A program made the position numbers and the translations under genes. Shown here piece after piece: positions 27,361 through 43,669 of a stretch of DNA of 64,000 nt. Origin of the DNA: Octopus vulgaris (taxonomy: Eukaryota); the NCBI GenBank assembly GCA_951406725.2, contig OX597841.1, forward strand, positions 16,864,001-16,928,000. Direction: 5' to 3'. Position 1 is the stretch's first letter. Each line of letters opens with the position of its first letter. The notes beneath the pieces are model-generated. The model was not told the origin of the DNA and searched no databases. It was given only the letters and a program-made list of their open reading frames with translations.

Positions 27361-27418
27361 ATTCAAAGAAGTGATTGTTTATTTTTAGAATCATATTGTA
27401 GGGTAACCCAATATATAT

Positions 27419-27578
27419 GAGTGGCTGTGTGGTAAGTAGCTTCTTTACTAACCACATAGTTCTGGTTTCAGTCCCACTGCGTGGAACCTTCGGCAAGTGT
27501 CTTCTACTATAGCCTTGAACCGACGAAAGCCCTGTGAGTGGATTTGGTAGACGAAAACGGAAAGACCCCCCCCGTCGT
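27419..27578 (+). mobile_element. SINE family 1, 5' half
   Basis: Head and core match. Confidence 0.85.
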
Positions 27579-27644
27579 ACATGCATATATATATATATAT
27601 ATACATCTATCTAACTAGCTATCACTCTCTTTCTGTGTGTGTGG

Positions 27645-27678
27645 ATATACACACACACACACATATACACATATATAC

Positions 27679-27773
<95 letters not shown>

Positions 27774-27944
27774 CATACATATATATATACATATATATAT
27801 ATATATACATATATATACACATATATATATATATATATACATACATATATATATACATACATATATATATATACATACATATACATACATATATATATAT
27901 ACATACATATACATACATATATATATATACATACATATACATAC

Positions 27945-27977
<33 letters not shown>

Positions 27978-28166
27978 CATATATATACATACATATATAT
28001 ATATATACATATATATATACATATATATATATATACATATATATATATACATACACATATATATATACATATATATATATACACATATATATATATACAC
28101 ATATATATATATATACACATATATATATATACACACATATATATATATACACACATATATATATAC

Positions 28167-28197
<31 letters not shown>

Positions 28198-28226
28198 CAC
28201 ATATATATATATACATATATATATAC

Positions 28227-28278
<52 letters not shown>

Positions 28279-28326
28279 GTACATATATATATATACATAT
28301 ATATATATATACATATATATATATAC

Positions 28327-28402
<76 letters not shown>
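27645..28402. repeat. (TA)n/(CA) compound microsatellite
   Basis: Directly visible, about 750 bp. Confidence 0.95.
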
Positions 28403-28406
<4 letters not shown>

Positions 28407-28482
28407 GGAATTTACAAAAAACAGACAAAACTAAAGACGAAGACGGGTGTGTAAACAACAAACAGATGTATTAATTTAACGC
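28403..28482 (-). mobile_element. family A 3' fragment lacking the HHR
   Basis: Reverse complement of TAATACATCTGTTTGTTGTTTACAC..GTCTTCGTCTTT..GTAAATT shared with the 48.9-kb copy. Confidence 0.7.
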
Positions 28483-28956
28483 CTATATACACACACACAC
28501 CCACACACACACACACACACCCACACAGATATATGTACGACGTGCTTCTTACAATCTCCGTCTCCCAAATCCACTCACAATGCTTCGATAACCCGATGCT
28601 GCCACGCAGTGGGACTGATCCCAGAACCCATATGGTTGGGAAGCAAGCTTCTTACCACACGACCACGGCTTAACCTGTGACCGAGAGCAGAATCAGTCAT
28701 TCTTTTCAAAAGATTCAGTCTTTGACGTTCAAAGTTCGGACAGGTTTTATGTTGGGTTACGTTCTTAGCAGGGAATGCTATTTGCTCGTAGGAGGAGGAG
28801 GAGGAGGAGATTAAATCTTAATTTCCGATGAAAATATTGACAATCTGAAAGGCTTATAAACATCTCCGATATGCACGGCTTGTGGGCGTTGTGTGTTTGT
28901 ATGTGTGTGCCTGCGTGTGTGTGTGTGTGTGTGTGTGTGCTTGTGTACGTTTTGCA

Positions 28957-28998
<42 letters not shown>

Positions 28999-29134
28999 TT
29001 AAAACAAGTATTGCAATTTATGAAATCGCTAAGTTTATTCTTCAGATCTTCAGCTACCGAACATTTAGGTACACCTAAAACATGAACACACGCGCACAAT
29101 CAAGGAATATATACATATATATATATACATATAG

Positions 29135-29174
<40 letters not shown>

Positions 29175-29176
29175 CA

Positions 29177-29754
<578 letters not shown>

Positions 29755-29849
29755 GGAGCAAACACATAAATGTGAAACAAGGTGGAAGAAAAGAATACTC
29801 AAATACCAGGGGTAGAGTAATATGCTTTATTTAAAAGCAGCAGAAATTC

Positions 29850-29902
29850 AACAAAACCTGGTACTCGGAGTTTCACGTTCCCGTTCGTCGGACAGTTTTG
29901 TT
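29850..29902 (-). ncRNA. type I hammerhead-like motif with CCGACGA core, within a short element (29752-29905)
   Basis: AACAAAACUGU-CCGACGA-ACG GGAA CGU-GAAA-CUC C GAG-UA^CCAGGUUUUGUU. Confidence 0.65.
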
Positions 29903-30617
29903 AAAATATGACAGATGCCTATATGGGTACAGAACATCAAAAAAACGTTGAACACAGTGAGAAACGAAAACATAAAAAAAAAACATGCGAACGAACTTTT
30001 TTTCAAACAACGAAAAAACAGAGTACAAGACATACAACACAAGGAATATTCCCCTTCTTCAGTTGTTCCTGTTTCGAAGGCAAGGACAAGACGCGACTTA
30101 GTTGAAACCGTCCTTCCCGCAAAGAAAATTAAAATTAAATAAAATTTGGGATTTTTTGCGTAGGGGTAAAAGTGGTAACAAGAACAGGACAGTGAGAACA
30201 AAACAAGACAGTAAAAACGATAACACTAAAAACAGTAAAAGACAGGACAAAGAGAATAACACAGTAAAAACAAACGATGAGGGCTGGTACCCCCTCCTCC
30301 TCCTCCTCGACTCTCTCGTCACTGACACGTGATGTGAGGGAAGCCATCTTTCCAACTGTTATCTTCACCAAGACCAAACCGCTCATCCTGTCCCACTTAT
30401 AAGCTGACTCCTTTAGCGTTCAGAATAATTTTTCTACCGTCTTGGTTTAACAGCAGCAATCAGAACAGATACAAATTTGAATATTATAAAATCTTACTTT
30501 TGGTTAAATAACCGTCTTTAAAGCTTTGGAATTGTCAAGCTTTAAAAGACACACATATTCACAAACACGGACCCAATTATGCATATTGATGGTTCTCATA
30601 TACTATGTGTGTATGTA

Positions 30618-31040
30618 TACTCTTTACTCTTTTACTTGTTTCAGTCATTTGACTGCGGCCATGCTGGAGCACCGCCTTTTGTCGAGCAAATCGACCCCGG
30701 GACTTATTCCTTGTAAGCCCAGTACTTATTCTATCGGTCTCTTTTTTGCCGAAACCGCTAAATAACGGGGACGTAAACACACCAACATCGGTTGTCAAGC
30801 AATGCTAGGGGGACAAACACTGACACACACACACACACACTCACACACATACATATACATATATATATACACATATATGACAGGCTTCTTTCAGTTTCTG
30901 TCTACCAAATCCACTCACAAGGCATTGGTCGGCCCGGGGCAATAGAAGAAGACACTTGCCCAAGATGCCACGCAGTGGGACTGAACCCGGAATCATGTGG
31001 TTGGTTAGCAAGCTACTTACCACACAGCCACTCCTGCGCC
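30618..31040 (-). mobile_element. SINE family 1, full length
   Basis: Complete reverse-complement copy. Confidence 0.92.
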
Positions 31041-31071
31041 TATATATGTATATGTTTGTGTATATGTACAT

Positions 31072-31117
<46 letters not shown>

Positions 31118-31494
31118 ACAAACACATATATATATATGTATATACACTCATATATATGTTTACACACACACATATACACATATATATATATATATATATA
31201 TATACTCATATATATATTTACACACACACACACATATATATATATATGTTTACACACACACACACACACACACACACAAAGAGCTTGAAAGACAGAGAGA
31301 GAGATGTAAATATATATATAGAGAGAGATACACGGACAGACGGAGAGATAAGTAGGTAGACAGACAGACAGACAGACAGATAGATAGATAGATAGATAGA
31401 TGATCATCCATAGATAAATATATACACATGTCCCTATGTGCATTTATACATATATTCATACGTAAACGCGCACATGCTCAAACACACTATATAT

Positions 31495-31539
<45 letters not shown>

Positions 31540-31949
31540 CATTTAAATCCTCACCACCACCACCACGCTGTCTAGATGTATATATGTATGGATGCAACGT
31601 GATTATTGACAATATAATGAGAGCTAAGAAGCAAAACATTACGAAATTGTGCATGGAAATACCTGGCATACAAAACACACATAGTTACGTAACGAAGTTT
31701 ATACATACGTCGTGTGTGTGTATATATATGTGTTTATATATGGACTTATATGGCTCTGTGTGTGTGCGTGTGTGTGTGTGTGTGTGTAGAAATGCATTAA
31801 TATGTGTTTGTGAATTTCATGTGTTTGTTAAATTATTTGACTAATAAATGCCACGTATTCGAGCAATTTCGAAAATTGCACACGCGCGCATGCGCATCGG
31901 ACTGCAGCGTGTGCAAATATGAATGTACGTACGTACGTACAACTACTTC

Positions 31950-32473
31950 ATATATATATATATGTGTGTGTACGTGTGTATCTTTATACATTTATATATG
32001 TATATATATGTATGTGTATATATATATATGTATATATATATATGTATATATGTATGTCTATATGTATATGTGTATATATATATGTATATGTGTATATATA
32101 TATATGTATATGTGTATATGTATGTATATGTATATATATGTATATATATGTATATGTATATATGTATATATATATTTATATGTATATATGTATGTATATG
32201 TATATATGTATGTATATGTATATATATATGTATATGTATATATATGTATATTTATATGTATATGTATATGTATATGTATATATATATGTATATATATATT
32301 TATATGTATATTTATATGTATATGTATATATATATGTATATATATATTTATATGTATATTTATATGTATATATATATGTATATATATATTTATATGTATA
32401 TGTATATATATATGTATATATATATATTTATATGTATATATGTATATATATATTTATATGTATATATATATAT

Positions 32474-32571
<98 letters not shown>

Positions 32572-32640
32572 TTATATGTATATGTATTTATAGGTATATA
32601 TATATGTATATATATATTTATATGTATATATATGTGTGTG
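31950..32640. repeat. (TA)n/(TATATG)n microsatellite
   Basis: Directly visible. Confidence 0.95.
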
Positions 32641-33205
32641 CGTGTGTGCATTTGTATATTTACGTATGTATATATGTATGTGTTTTTGCGTACATACGTG
32701 TGTTGGTGCGGCGCGTGTATTTGTGTAAGCATGATTAAATCGAAAGTTCTTTGAATAAACACTATGAAATTACGTAATGCTGAAATTGAACAACAATGCA
32801 CGCACACGCACGTATATATATGTACACACATATATACAGCTAGGCACACGCTTTACCTCGTGTATCTGCGCACACTAACACACACATATACAGGCGTATA
32901 TCTATCTATATATATATATACATACGTGTATGTATACCTATTTGTGTTGGTTTATATATATATATATGTGTTTGTGCAAGCATACACACACATACATTAA
33001 CAGGCATATATATTTATATATGTACATATGTATATATATACATATTTGTGTTGGTATATATATATACATATATATATGTATATATGATTCTGTGTGTGCA
33101 GGCATACACACTCACGCATATACATATACAGGCATATACCTATATATGTACATATGTATATGTATACATATTTTTGTTGTCATATATATGTATGTGGGTG
33201 TGCAT

Positions 33206-33236
<31 letters not shown>

Positions 33237-33734
33237 CATATACTGATATAAGTGTATTTCCTCATGTGTATCTATATATATATATATATATGTATATGTA
33301 TATGCCTATACATGTAGATGTACATATGTAAACATACAAGAACGCACCCTCACACACACACCTAGGTATGTATTTACATATATAAACACACACAATCTGC
33401 TAATGTATTCACCTGCAACATTTATACACGCATGGACATATGTACGCACACCGGCAAATACAGTTATTTACACGTACCGTGCAAACGTAAGAGAGTTATG
33501 TATTGTCTCTCAACCTTCTGAATTCTCTGATCCTTCCATCTTCAAAACAGTAAAGAATGTGATGGGAAGCAGTTTTGCTCCTGACTAAACTTATGCTTCC
33601 CTGCAGACGAGTGTTGTCCCTATTTTGGCTACACAGGAGCTGTCTCACTGAATAATGTTTCCCCTATCTTAAAACCATTTTGGTGCAGTATTTCCAGCGT
33701 TTTAATTAATCTTGAGCAAAAAATGAGAAATTTA

Positions 33735-33985
33735 TAACGTCGAACATTTCTCGTTTTCAGAAGCCTAATTTCTTAAGATTGGTATTTAGGCAGTGTGTGA
33801 CATATTCCAGAGACCCAATAATTACAGGTATAAAACTGAACTTGTAATCTGGATAGAATAACTGCAGATTTCTCAAGAGTTCGTCGTAGGTGTTCTCTTT
33901 TTCACTGGTCTTCAGCCTTATGTTAACATCCGCTGGGCAGCTAATTTCCACAACTATGCACAGTTTCTCTTCTCTATCCAAAAAC
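33735..33985 (-). mobile_element. R4/Dong-type non-LTR retrotransposon, restriction-like endonuclease C-terminal fragment
   Basis: DREEKLCIVVEISCPADVNIRLKTSEKENTYDELLRNLQLFYPDYKFSFIPVIIGSLEYV: the E-I-S-C-P, KxxxYxxL and IPVIIG motifs of REL domains. Confidence 0.8.
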
Positions 33986-34299
33986 ATTTTGTATGTATGT
34001 AGGTATGCTACATACGTATGTTATGTATGTATCGCTAAGATATTTTGAAATTATAAACTAGTGTAGAACGCAATACACATATACTTCAGAACGAGCCATT
34101 GGACGAGAATAGAGTAGTAATTAAAAAAACCAGATGACGAACGAATAAATGATTATCTTATGCACTTCACTAGCTTACGTCTGTTTCTGCTATAAGATGC
34201 AGTGAATACATAGCAGAGCGCCTGAATGCCATCCTATGCCTTCGTGCGAGCCTCGAATATGAAATACCATTTTACATACATTTTATATATATTATCTTT

Positions 34300-34369
<70 letters not shown>

Positions 34370-34789
34370 CTAGGTGTACACATATATACATATCTATAAA
34401 GAAATGTAGTGTATTATCATGCACAAATGAACATAGGTGGGTTGGGGCAGTTGGGAGTGCAACCGAGTTCAAAACGTGTTGCAGGTTAGTTTTTGTTTAT
34501 TAATTTCTAGTAGATTTATTTAATACCTAACCGGTTTCGACAATTTTTTGCTTTTCATCGGTAAATAATGAATTTTAGGGGAGATTGAAAGCATACGCGA
34601 AAATGTAGAAAGACATGTTTGAACGATCAAACGTTCATACTAATTTCAATATTCAATAAGTTTCACAGAGATAGACACTAATACAATTTCAACTGTTTGA
34701 TCAACTGTATATTAGATATCACCCAGACAATATATTACTTATATAATACGGATATATAAAATAGATATAGCGTAAAAGCACCATAGATG

Positions 34790-35198
34790 TAGGAGTGGCT
34801 GTGTGGTAAGTAGCTTGCTTACAAACCACATGGTTCCGGGTTCAGTCCCACTGCGTGGCATCTTGGGCAAGTGTCTTCTGCTATAGCCCCGGGCCAACCA
34901 ATGCCTTGTGAGTGGATTTGGTAGACGGAAACTGAAAGAAGCCCGTCGTATATATGTATATATATATATATGTGTGTGTGCGTATTTGTGTGTCTGTGTT
35001 TGTCACCCCAATATCGCTTGACAACCGATGTTGGTGTGTTTACGTCCCCGTTACTTAGCGGCTTCGGCAAAAGGGACCGATAGAATAAGTACTGGGCTTA
35101 CAAAGCATAAGTCCAGGGGTCGATTTGCTCGACTAAAGGCGGTGCTCCAGCATGGCCGCAGTCAAATGACTGAAAGAAGTAAAAGAGTGAAAGAGAGT
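34790..35198 (+). mobile_element. SINE family 1, full length
   Basis: Complete copy. Confidence 0.92.
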
Positions 35199-36041
35199 AT
35201 ATCGGATATTGAATTCTTTAAAAATTCACTCAAAACGTGTTATTTATGTGTTGTGGTACAAATAAGAAATTAAAAGATAGATTGTTTTTTCTTATTCCTA
35301 TCCGTGACTGGATGGTATAAAATTTTGAAACGACAACCCTTACTACGCCACTGACTCTGTCTTCTCACTGGAACCAGAACATTTGTTAGCTTTTAAAAGG
35401 GATCTGTGCGTACGTTGCGGTGTAGTCCTACAGATCCCATCGGATATATCATGGATTTGTAAACAGTAAAAGCAAAACGGACCCGACGGCATTTTGAAAA
35501 AAAAAGGGACTGTTTCATTATTAACAAAAATGGCTGCCTCTTGAGTGAGCTTTCTGCAATATATGCTGCACCAGAAGAAACGAAACATACGAATATGGCG
35601 CAGAAACACACAACTATAAAGCATTGATTATCTACACACTTGTTATAACCAACGTGCACATATATATATATATGTCTGTATGTATGTATGTGTGTGTGTG
35701 TGTGTGTGTGCTTAAGATTAGTATATGTGCCCGTTGGTTCTCTTCTGTATATGTAAGCATAAACACAAGCACACGAACACTTATACATCTATATATGTGT
35801 ATATGTGGGAGTATACACATATATGTATGTATATATATATATATCAAAATACATATGTATATTAATATGTGTGTGTATATATATATGTATATATGTATGT
35901 ATATATATATATCAAAATACATATGTATATTAATGTGTGTGTATATATATATGTATATATGTATGCATATATATATATCAAAATACATATGTGTATATGT
36001 ATATTAATATATGTGTGTGTATATATATGTATATATTTATG

Positions 36042-36073
<32 letters not shown>

Positions 36074-36577
36074 TATGTACATGCATAAGTGTGCGCACAC
36101 GCATATATATATATATATATATACATATAGTTGCATGCACACGAGCATACAGATTCATGAATGCGATATGAATTTATATATGTATATTCAACCCTTGTGT
36201 ATGTATATCTGTCTGCCTGTCTGTTTGTCTGTCTATCTATATATCGAAACCCTGGAAGAGATAGTTCAAAGCCAGCTAGATGCATACATATGTACATGCA
36301 CAGATAGACAGACAGGCAGGCAGGCAAGTAAGCAAGCAGAAAGATAGAGACAAAGAGACGAATAGAGAGGAAGGCAGATATATAGGAAAACGGAGAGAAA
36401 CGGAGCGTAATAGATATAGACAGACAGTTAGAGAGAGAGAGAAATATAGAGAGATAGATAGATAGATAGATATATAGATAGATAGATATATAGATAGATA
36501 GATATAAATATACTCATACACTTGAGTTCAGGAGAAATGTTACAGGATTGTATGTATATCGTGCTATACACACACAT

Positions 36578-36608
<31 letters not shown>

Positions 36609-37076
36609 CACATACATGTATACGCACACAAGAGAGGCAAACATGCATGGATAGGAAACAGAAGTGAATTTGTTCGCTTTTATAAATGAGGCGTATACAA
36701 GAAATCGACGCAGAAACACGTATTCATATGCAGACAACTTGGCATATATATGTGTTTATATATATATGTGTGTGTGTGTATGTATGTATATATGTGTGTG
36801 TGTGTATGTATGTATGTATGTATGTATGTATGTACGTATATGTGTGTGTAGGTATGTATATATATGTATGTATATATGTATATATATGTATGTGTATATG
36901 TATGTATATATGTATGTATGTATATATATGTATATGTATGTATATATATATGTATGTGCATATGTATATATGTATGTATGTATATATATGTATATGTATG
37001 TATATATATATGTATGTGCATATGTATATATGTATATGTATATATCTATATGTATATATATTTATATATATATTTA

Positions 37077-37116
<40 letters not shown>

Positions 37117-37165
37117 CACAGAAAATATACATAAACACACACACACACACATACATGTGAACCTG

Positions 37166-37325
37166 TAGGCATTCGTGGCTGTGGTGGGATGCTGGCTTCC
37201 CAACCACATCCTTCCGGGTTCAGTCCCAGCGCATGGCACATTGGCCAAATCTGTTTTACGATGGCCTTAGGCCGACAAAAGTCTTGTGAGTGGAATTCGC
37301 AGGTGGAAACTGAAAGAAGCCCGTT
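37166..37325 (+). mobile_element. diverged SINE family 1, 5' half
   Basis: GTGGCTGTGGTGG..CCGGGTTCAGTCCC..GGAAACTGAAAGAAGCCCGT. Confidence 0.8.
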
Positions 37326-37434
37326 CTATATATATAATATATAAATATATATATATGGACGCATATGGATATACAAAGAAACACCATAATACATACAATA
37401 TATATACGCAAATATCTCTCCATCTTTGTATATG

Positions 37435-37481
<47 letters not shown>

Positions 37482-37541
37482 CAAATGAAATAAAAAGACA
37501 GAACACACAGGATATCGCGGTACACATGTTTCGAGCTTTAT

Positions 37542-37578
<37 letters not shown>

Positions 37579-37599
37579 CATACATATATACATATATAT

Positions 37600-37646
<47 letters not shown>

Positions 37647-37709
37647 TATATAGACACACACACACATATATATATATACACACATATATATATATATATA
37701 TATATACAT

Positions 37710-37766
<57 letters not shown>

Positions 37767-38188
37767 CATACTTGTGCGTGTGTATATATATGCACTTTAT
37801 GCATAAATTTACGTATGTATGCACAGAAATTACATATATAATTGAATTTCTGTAAAAGGCGCACCATCGACGCAAACATGCACACACACCGCATATAGAT
37901 ACCAGTATACATGTACCGTTAAAACACACACACACAGAGAAAACTTAGATATAGGAAATACATAGGAAAACAGAAATTTCGCCTCGGTTGACTGGTTGAC
38001 ATGTACGAATACTTGAATAATACGCAGTCTCAAGATGCTCACATAAGCATATATATACTTGTATGTATGTATGTATGTATTACTTCTCAAAGGTCTATGT
38101 GCGTACCTACAGATATACATACGCATGAGTTTGCAAATACAGGTTTGTATATACACACACATATACATACATGTATATATACACACAC

Positions 38189-38243
<55 letters not shown>

Positions 38244-38319
38244 GGTACATGTAACTGTACATATATTGATATCTGCTTATATACTTTAAAATATGCTATG
38301 TAAGGGAACATCAAAATAC

Positions 38320-38368
<49 letters not shown>

Positions 38369-38853
38369 ATATTTACATGGATATATATATATATATGGAT
38401 ATATATATATATGTATATTTCGGAATGGTCATATATATGTATATATATATATATATATGGATATTTACATGGATATATATATATATATATATGGATATTT
38501 ACATGGATATATATATATGTATGTATAGTATACATATATATATGTATATACATATATATGTATATATATGGATATATATATATATATATGGATATGTATA
38601 TGGATATATGTAAATGGATATATATATGTATATATATATATATATATATATGGATATATATATGTATATGGATATGTCTATAGATATATATATATAGATA
38701 TTTATGTATGCATATATCTATGTATGTGTGTGTATACATTGTAATATATGTCTGTTTTTGTCTATGTGCATAGGTGTGAATGGATGAGAATGCACGGGTT
38801 TGTGCCTCTCTTCGTGTACGTCTTTGAATATGTGTGTATTTGCCCGGACGAGG

Positions 38854-38905
<52 letters not shown>

Positions 38906-39110
38906 GCACGCGCACGATTGAATGTATATACAAAGAGGATTCTTAGGTAGTTGCTGGTGAACGGAATGGCGCAGCAGCAATTATGAAACGAATTGAAATA
39001 GACCTACATGACGGACAAAGGAAGAAAACCCTCGCGGCAGCTATTGGCGACTGTCGTAGAAAAGGGAGATAATAAGGACAGAATCTATACAACTACGTAT
39101 GTTTCTTTGG

Positions 39111-39173
<63 letters not shown>

Positions 39174-39730
39174 GCACACGTATGTATATAGGTATGCGTA
39201 TATATATATATTTGTGTGCGAATAACAACGTATATATCTTTTATGAAAGATCTTCCCTATGCCACAAACAAATATATCGGAATTATCTAAGCTCACATAC
39301 ACACGGCTATGGAATGTATATATATCTGTATGTATATGTACACATATGTATATGTATTATACATACATATATATATATATATTATATACATTTGTAGGTA
39401 TATATAGAAGAAAATCTCTTTCATTTGCCCCCTCATATACATTAGTTTGAATGTACCTCTACATACATACGTTCTCTCTCACACACACACATATATATAT
39501 ACACATGCATGTATGCATGTGTGTGTGTGTATATACATATATATATATATATACATACATAGACATATATGTATATATGCGTGTATGTATACATATATAC
39601 CTATATATATATGTACGTATGTATGTATATACTTATATACCTATAGTTACCTATATATACATATATATATATATATATATGCATACATATATATATATAT
39701 ATATGTGTGTGTATGTATGTATTAAATGCA

Positions 39731-39771
<41 letters not shown>

Positions 39772-40084
39772 GTATATACAGGTAACTATACGTATATAAG
39801 TTTATACGTACATAGTTACATACAAACCTACATATATACACACATACACACATACATACATAGATACGTGCGTACATATATGCATAAACACACACACACA
39901 CACACACACATCCATAGAGGCATGTGTAACAGAGAGAGAAAGAGCGACACACGGCACACTTTAACACGCAGGCATTATGCTTCCCTGGAGATAGATTTTC
40001 TCAAGTTGGAAGAATTTTCGCATATTTTGCTCTGATTTTAAACGCCTTTTCGCTCGTCATGTTCTTCGGCAAAGGACGACCTTG

Positions 40085-40897
40085 CTTATTGTTGTTGTTG
40101 TTGTTGTTGCTGTAGCTATTGTCGCTGCTGCTGCTGCTGCTGCTACTGCTGCCACTGCCACTGCTGCTGCTGCTGTTGTTGTTGTTGTTGTTGATTCTGT
40201 TGTTTTTAATGTTGTTGTTGTTGTCGGTATTTTTGCTGCTGTTTGTTCTTGGCCTTGTTTGCTGCTGTTGCCGCTACTACTACTACTACTACTACTACGA
40301 CTACTACTACTACTACTACTACTACAAATACCACCAGCACTATTTGCACTACTGCTCCTATTACTACTACTACTACTACAACTACTACTAGTACTACAAC
40401 TACTACTATGGGTGATGGTGATGATAGTAGTGGTAGAATTCGTTCATATTGTGGTAGTTGTGTTGGTGATGGTTGGGTAGTGGTGGTAGTGGTAGAAATA
40501 GTAGCTGTGGTGGTGGCAATGGCAGTAGTAGTAGTTGTAGTAGCAGCGGTGGTGGTGGTGGTGGTGAAATACTGCTGATAGTGCTGTTCTTGGTCATATT
40601 ACTGCTTTGGTGGTAGTGGTGGTGGTGGTTGGATTGTGGCGGAGGTGTTGATGATGGCGGTGTTGATGGTGGTTGTGGGGGAAGCGTTGATAGTGGAGGT
40701 GTTGATGGTGGTGGTGTTGATGGTAGTGGATTTGGTGGTGTTTGGGTAGTGGTGGAGGTGTTGCTGGTGGTAGTAGTGGTAGTGGTGTTGATGGTAGTGG
40801 ATTTGGTGGTGTTTGGGTAGTGGTGGAGATGTTGCTGGTTGTAGCATTGGTAGTGGTTCTCGCTATAGTGGTGGTGTTTGTGGCAGAGGTGGTGGAT

Positions 40898-40932
<35 letters not shown>

Positions 40933-42773
40933 GGTAGTAGTAGTAGTAGTAACATGACAAAAGTAACAGCACTAAAAATAACACAAAACCTACAGCAACA
41001 ACACCTACAATAACTACAACAACAACAACACCACCACCAACAACACCAACACCAACAGCAGCACCAGCACCAGCACCGGCAGCCGCTGGTTACCTGCTTT
41101 TCTATACTTATACCTAGTTTACGACGTTGTATTACGCTCTTCTGCTTGTGCATCACGCCGTTGTTGTTGTTTCCTGCCTTGGCTTTGATTTTACATGTAT
41201 ATTCCAAGTCTTAACTTTTTGTCTTTTAATGTTTTTTCCCTCCTTTTTTTCTACGCTTGTTTTCTTTTCTTTTCTGTTTTTGTTTGTTTGTTGTTTGTTT
41301 CTTTTTGTCGTTTCCTTTATTACCTTGTTTTGATTTGATTTGATTTGATTTTATTCCATTTTATTTTTATTTTTGCCTTGCCTTCCCTTTTTCTTCGTTC
41401 CGTTCCGTTCCGTATCGTTTCGTATCGCATTCCTTTTCGTTTCGTTTAGTGCTTCACCTATGAATATTTCGCAGGCAGCATGCGTAATGCCAGCGTTAAC
41501 AATAATAATAATAATAATAATAGTAGTAGTAGTAATAGTAGTAATAAAACAATAATAATAATAATAACAACAATAATAATAATAATAGTAATGATAATAA
41601 TAATAATAAGGATAATAATAATAATAATGATAATAATAATAATAATGATAATAATGATAATAATAATAATAATAATAATGAGAAGAAAACGAAAGAAAAA
41701 TAGTAAAAAATAGAGTAATGCTGTTGATGATGAGGGTGACTATGATGAGGGTGATGATGATGATGATGATAAATGGTGATGGTGATGAGGGTGATGATGA
41801 TGATGATGACGATGGTTTCTTTTATATGCCATAGGGATATCAGATACTACTACTAATACTACTACTACTACTAATAATAATGATAATAATATTGATGACG
41901 ATGATGATCGTAATGATGATCATAATGGTGGTGGTGGTGAAGGTGATGGCGAAGAGGGTGATTTGCCAGGAGGCCAAGAATGAGAATGACATTACGAACA
42001 CAGGTTAATATTTGGTGAAGTGGCGGAGTTACGTAAGAACGGGGAGGGGAGTGCAGGAGGAATAGGAACATTAACATGAAGAAGAAGAAGAAGAATTAAA
42101 CAGGAAGAAGAGGACGGAGAAGAATGGAAGAAGGGGAAGGAGAAGAATGTAACAAGAAGAGGATGGAGAAGAATGAAACAGGAAGAAGAATGAAAGAGGA
42201 AGGAGAATGAAACAAGAAGAGGATGGAGAAGAATGAAACAAAGATGAATGAAAGAAGAAAAGGAAGGAGAAGAATGAAACAAGATGGAGAAGAATGAAAC
42301 AGAAAGAAGAATGAAAGAAGGGTAAGGGGAAGAATGAAACAGGAAGAAGAATGAAACAAAGAAGAATGAACAAAGATGAGTAAAAGAGGAGGAAGGAGAA
42401 GAATGGAGCAGGAAGAGGAAGAAACTGAAGAAGAATGAAACAGTGAAACGAATAAGGAAAGAAGAAAAACAAGGAGGAGGAGGAAGAGGATGAAGGGGAT
42501 GAAGGACAAGAATGAGAAGAAGAAAAAAGTAAGATGGGGAAGAAGAAAAGTAGTAGGAAGAGAACATGAACAATTGTAATAATAATAATAATGATGATAA
42601 TGATAATAATGATAATAATGATAATAATAATAATAATAATAATAGTAATAATAATGATAATAGTAATAGTAATAATAATAATGATAATAATAATGATAAT
42701 AATAATAATAATAATGATAATGATGATAATAATAGTAATAGTAATAATAATAATGATAACAGTAATAACAATA

Positions 42774-42804
<31 letters not shown>

Positions 42805-43010
42805 TGATAATAATAATGTTAATAATAATAATAATAATAACAATGGTGATAATAATAATAATGATAATAATAATGTTAATAATAATAATAATGATAATAA
42901 TGATGATAATAATAATAATGATAATAATGATGATAATAATAATAATGATAATAATAATGATAATAATAGTAATGATAATAATAATGATAATAATAGTAAT
43001 AATAATAATA
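40085..43010. repeat. mosaic of trinucleotide tracts (GTT/GCT/CTA/GGT/TAA/GAT) and a GAAGAATGAAAC polypurine minisatellite (42080-42560)
   Basis: Directly visible. Confidence 0.9.
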
Positions 43011-43635
43011 AGGCTGGAAAAACTGAACAGGGGATGAAAATCGTAAAAGAGGAGAGAAAAAATGGTATGATGGCATGGAATACAATTGACATCTATATCC
43101 AGCCTCGCTTCGCATGTGTATGAATATTTATGTATGTTTACATCTATATATATGCACGTGAATGCATCCATACATCCATGTATACATGCATATGTATACT
43201 TATAAATATATAGATGTATGTATGTATATATGTACGTATTCGTATAATTATATGTATATATTAATATATAAATATATCAATATGCATGAGTGTGTGTTTG
43301 TGTGCGTGCATGTGTGTATTATATACGCATGTGTATATGTATATATACACATTGGTGTACAGAGAGGTACATATGATTGTACAAATATTTATATATATAT
43401 ACTTATGTATATGTATGCATATATATATATACGTATATATGCATGCTTTAATGTACATGTATATAAACATATGTATATATATACATATATATATATACAT
43501 GTATATATATATATACATGCATATATATATACACATGCATATATATATACACATACATATATATACACATGTATATATATATACACATGTATATATATAT
43601 ACATGCATACATATATATATACACATATACATATG

Positions 43636-43669
<34 letters not shown>

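Noticed and set aside
28822-28860. CCGATGA..GAAAGGCTTA hammerhead-like match
   Set aside because: All three stems too weak to distinguish from chance
30040-30090. Minus-strand CTGAAGA near GAAAC
   Set aside because: Order and spacing do not give a foldable hammerhead in this copy
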